DNA from: a virus
Taxonomy: Duplodnaviria; Heunggongvirae; Uroviricota; Caudoviricetes
Length of the DNA: 8,940 nucleotides
Strand: one strand, 5' to 3'
Virus record (IMG/VR): IMGVR_UViG_2700989521_000019
Shown: positions 6,576-8,940 of the stretch, piece after piece
How positions within the stretch are numbered: the stretch's first letter is position 1
Layout: every line of letters begins with the position of its first letter
Made by a program: the position numbers and the translations under genes
The notes under the pieces: model-generated
The model's input: the letters and a program-made list of their open reading frames with translations, nothing else
What the model was told of the DNA's origin: nothing
Databases searched by the model: none

Positions 6576-6581
6576 TCAAAC

Positions 6582-6605
6582 AGCCGGAGAAATCCGGCTT
6601 TTTTT
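6582..6605 (+). terminator. Rho-independent terminator after the perC-like gene
   Basis: AGCCGGA-GAAA-TCCGGCT (7-bp stem, GNRA tetraloop) followed by a T6 run. Confidence 0.75.
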
Positions 6606-6701
6606 GCACCAGTTGAAACGGTATGGCGCATTACCGGGTTTTCGTCACGGTCAGGCATAGTTACTATCTGAAACAAACAGACACAACAGAGGAAAAAAAC
6701 A

Positions 6702-6926
6702 ATGCCGATGAAATTTGATGAGATATTAAAACAGCGTGATAAATACCATGCTGACAACATGGAGACGATGAGCATCAATGATTACCGCGCATTCCTGGAG
6801 ACGGGCGCACTGATTGAAAAGGATCAGCATGGTTTTGTGAGATGTGCTCTATCCGGTGAAATGCTGGCGGTAAATCCTGAACAGATAGATGCATTGATAG
6901 AATTTCTGAAAGAGATCAGAGACTGA
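6702..6926 (+). CDS. Hypothetical protein (74 aa)
   Basis: ATG 6702 with GAGGAA SD; MPMKFDEILKQRDKYHADNMETMSINDYRAFLETGALIEKDQHGFVRCALSGEMLAVNPEQIDALIEFLKEIRD; bounded by terminators on both sides. No recognised family. Confidence 0.55.
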   Translation: MPMKFDEILKQRDKYHADNMETMSINDYRAFLETGALIEKDQHGFVRCALSGEMLAVNPEQIDALIEFLKEIRD

Positions 6927-6945
6927 GCCAGCACACAGCACACAT

Positions 6946-6968
6946 AGCCGGAGCAATCCGGCTTTTTT
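6946..6968 (+). terminator. Rho-independent terminator, near-duplicate of the one at 6582-6605
   Basis: AGCCGGA-GCAA-TCCGGCT (same 7-bp stem, GNRA loop) followed by a T5 run. Confidence 0.75.
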
Positions 6969-7007
6969 GCGCCCAAAAAAAGCCCGGCGAGTCAGATTTC
7001 ATCAATC

Positions 7008-7208
7008 ATGGACAGCCTCCCGCTTACTATGCAAAGGAGCTTCCCACAGATTACCCCCGCCATGCTGGATAGGCTTAAAAGGGAAGTGGTTAAAGCCTGT
7101 AATGCCAGTGCCAGAGTTGCCGACAACCTCCCACAGATACTGGCTGATTACTTGAAAGAAACAACCGGAAACGTACCGGAAAAGTTGCTACAGAAGAAAG
7201 GCGAGTAA
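7008..7208 (+). CDS. Hypothetical protein (66 aa); weak call, start and RBS unclear
   Basis: ORF only; no convincing SD for ATG 7008, 7029 or 7062. MDSLPLTMQRSFPQITPAMLDRLKREVVKACNASARVADNLPQILADYLKETTGNVPEKLLQKKGE. Confidence 0.3.
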   Translation: MDSLPLTMQRSFPQITPAMLDRLKREVVKACNASARVADNLPQILADYLKETTGNVPEKLLQKKGE

Positions 7209-7463
7209 CAGACGCGCAATTATTGAACAAAACTGAGAAACGACATGAAAGCGTCATAAATCGCCATTTTAGATGATTACCGTGTCGTTTCTTTTTATTG
7301 TGTATCTATTTAAAAACAAATAGTTATGTTCGAGAAGTACCGACATGCTTTTTCCAGAAAAATTTTCATAAACAGATAAAAACCGCGAGGTCGCCGCCCC
7401 GTAACGGGCCATAATTCCAGGAAGGACCCGACGACACCAGACTATCAGAGCGATGGGGGCACA

Positions 7464-7745
7464 ATGACAGAAGCCGAACTACTGGGATTAATCCGCCGCG
7501 TTACCGGAATCAGCCAGCAGCATGACGAACAGGCCACGCAGCCGGACAGCGTGACCGCCGAAAATTACGCGCGTGTGGTTGCTGAGGTGATGCGCCGTGA
7601 TGGTATCCAGCTTAATGATGTGGATATGCGCAACATACGGATCCGCGTTCTTGAAATGCTGGCCTACAATCGCCGCGTGGCACTGTATCGGGAAACGGAG
7701 AAAATTACGTACCACTGGAAGAAGCCGGAGCGGTTACGGCGTTAA
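7464..7745 (+). CDS. Hypothetical protein (93 aa)
   Basis: ATG 7464 preceded by a GGGGG run; ORF with balanced composition (MTEAELLGLIRRVTGISQQHDEQATQPDSVTAENYARVVAEVMRRDGIQLNDVDMRNIRIRVLEMLAYNRRVALYRETEKITYHWKKPERLRR). No recognised family. Confidence 0.45.
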   Translation: MTEAELLGLIRRVTGISQQHDEQATQPDSVTAENYARVVAEVMRRDGIQLNDVDMRNIRIRVLEMLAYNRRVALYRETEKITYHWKKPERLRR

Positions 7746-7750
7746 CGAGT

Positions 7751-7800
7751 AGCGACATACCGTGACGGAGAGTGACAACCAGTGACACGCCGTGACAAAA
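7751..7800. repeat. Five tandem 10-bp units carrying core GTGAC/GCGAC (agcgacatac cgtgacggag agtgacaacc agtgacacgc cgtgacaaaa); helically phased repeat array
   Basis: Read directly, immediately after the stop of the 7464-7745 ORF; second 10-bp-phased array in the window (compare 1261-1310). Confidence 0.45.
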
Positions 7801-8574
7801 GACGGTTTAACCGTTAATTAAAAATTGACGGGATTTTGTGCTTTCCGGACGACGTGGCCAACGCCATTTTTTAGCGAAAAGTTCTGATTAAGGTCATTGT
7901 CTGAATGGTCATAATGACCACTCCTACAAAACAGGTAAAGCCCACCAGCCTGATTAACAGTTAACCGGAAAAAAATCCGGTAGCCCCGTTATGGGGATCC
8001 CCATATCAACATTAACGCCCCTCATGAATTAGCGCGCTTCCCCCTGGAAAGATGACCCGCCTGTATATTTCTTGTGTCTATTTGTTCCACGTTGTTTCAT
8101 ACAGTGCACCGAACGGTGTAGTCACTGGTGTAGTCATTTTGCGATTTATGGCACTTTTTGTAGTGAAAACCCCGTTTTTTCTTCCTTTGCTAATAATAAT
8201 GTCTTTTTCGCTCCGTCATCATAACGAAAATCAAACCGCTCAGGTAAAGAAGTGAAAATATTTTGAGTTAATTCTTAAGCTATGATACAAATCAGGCGTG
8301 TTCAACTACCGAGGACAATTATCATCCGCGATGACGAGAAGCAACACTGCGGATAATTGTAATATTATGGACAATTTGTTCAGGACCTTATTTTCAACAT
8401 TTACCCATCTTCGTACCTCATCCACTATCTTGCTCGTAGGTGAGCAGCACTGGCGCAACGCGCTTTAGTCCTTTCTTCTGCCTAAGCTTGCCCTATGCGC
8501 GGGGCTTGACCACTTTACTTTGATTTCGCTGAATTAAGCGAAAATTAAAATAATTCTCTTGCAGGAGAAGGACA

Positions 8575-8940
8575 ATGTATATTTATTGGATTTTATTAGG
8601 CCTGGCTATTGCTACAGAAATTACCGGTACGCTGTCAATGAAATGGGCGAGCGTCAGTGAGGGAAATGGCGGCTTTATTTTAATGCTGGTGATGATTTCT
8701 CTGTCGTATATATTTCTCTCTTTCGCCGTTAAAAAGATCGCCTTAGGCGTAGCTTATGCGCTGTGGGAAGGTATCGGTATTTTATTTATTACCTTGTTTA
8801 GCGTTTTGTTATTCGACGAAAGTTTATCGCTGATGAAAATTGCCGGGTTAACCACCCTGGTCGCCGGGATTGTGTTGATAAAATCAGGTACCCGTAAAGC
8901 GCGTAAACCTGAACTGGAGGTGAACCATGGCGCAGTTTGA
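8575..8940 (+). CDS. mdtJ: Multidrug/spermidine efflux SMR-family transporter subunit MdtJ (121 aa), complete
   Basis: Translation ([33 protein letters not shown]...[21 protein letters not shown]) matches Escherichia coli MdtJ as I remember it; small four-helix hydrophobic SMR protein; AGGAGA SD 7 nt upstream; stop TGA 8938-8940. Confidence 0.93.
8927..8940 (+). CDS. mdtI: Start of mdtI (SMR partner subunit), truncated by window end; only codons MAQF visible
   Basis: ATG 8927 overlapping the mdtJ 3-prime end, reading MAQF, consistent with the remembered MdtI N-terminus and the mdtJI operon arrangement. Only 14 nt visible. Confidence 0.45.

Noticed and set aside
1-8940. CRISPR array, tRNA/tmRNA gene, or IS transposase
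   Set aside because: No regularly spaced 25-40-bp repeats with unique spacers, no cloverleaf-compatible tRNA-like sequence, and no transposase-like ORF or terminal inverted repeats were seen. The integration target may lie left of the window.

Overview
This window appears to hold a compact P4-like / PICI-like integrative element (about 1 to 7750) followed by host chromosome carrying mdtJ and the first codons of mdtI (Escherichia-type). All calls rest on reading the sequence and recalling family signatures; no searches were run. Element order: P4-family tyrosine integrase (1-1218), AlpA/Vis-family regulator (1585-1773), a divergent switch region with three GTGGCTGACA direct repeats between a minus-strand ribbon-helix-helix-like gene (2274-2453) and a plus-strand operon of six small overlapping ORFs (2648-4036), a 466-aa RecA-fold ATPase that looks like a replicative helicase/initiator (4033-5433), an AAAGTGAGG iteron cluster (5433-5622), then a small ORF, an SSB-like protein and a PerC-family regulator (5634-6575), two small cassettes bounded by near-identical GNRA-loop terminators, and a palindrome-rich boundary region (7750-8050). 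No capsid, packaging, Sid/Psu/Delta-like, tRNA, CRISPR or transposase features are visible. The most interesting unexplained parts are the small-ORF operon, the putative switch/operator architecture, the iteron cluster (candidate ori), and two 10-bp-phased repeat arrays.
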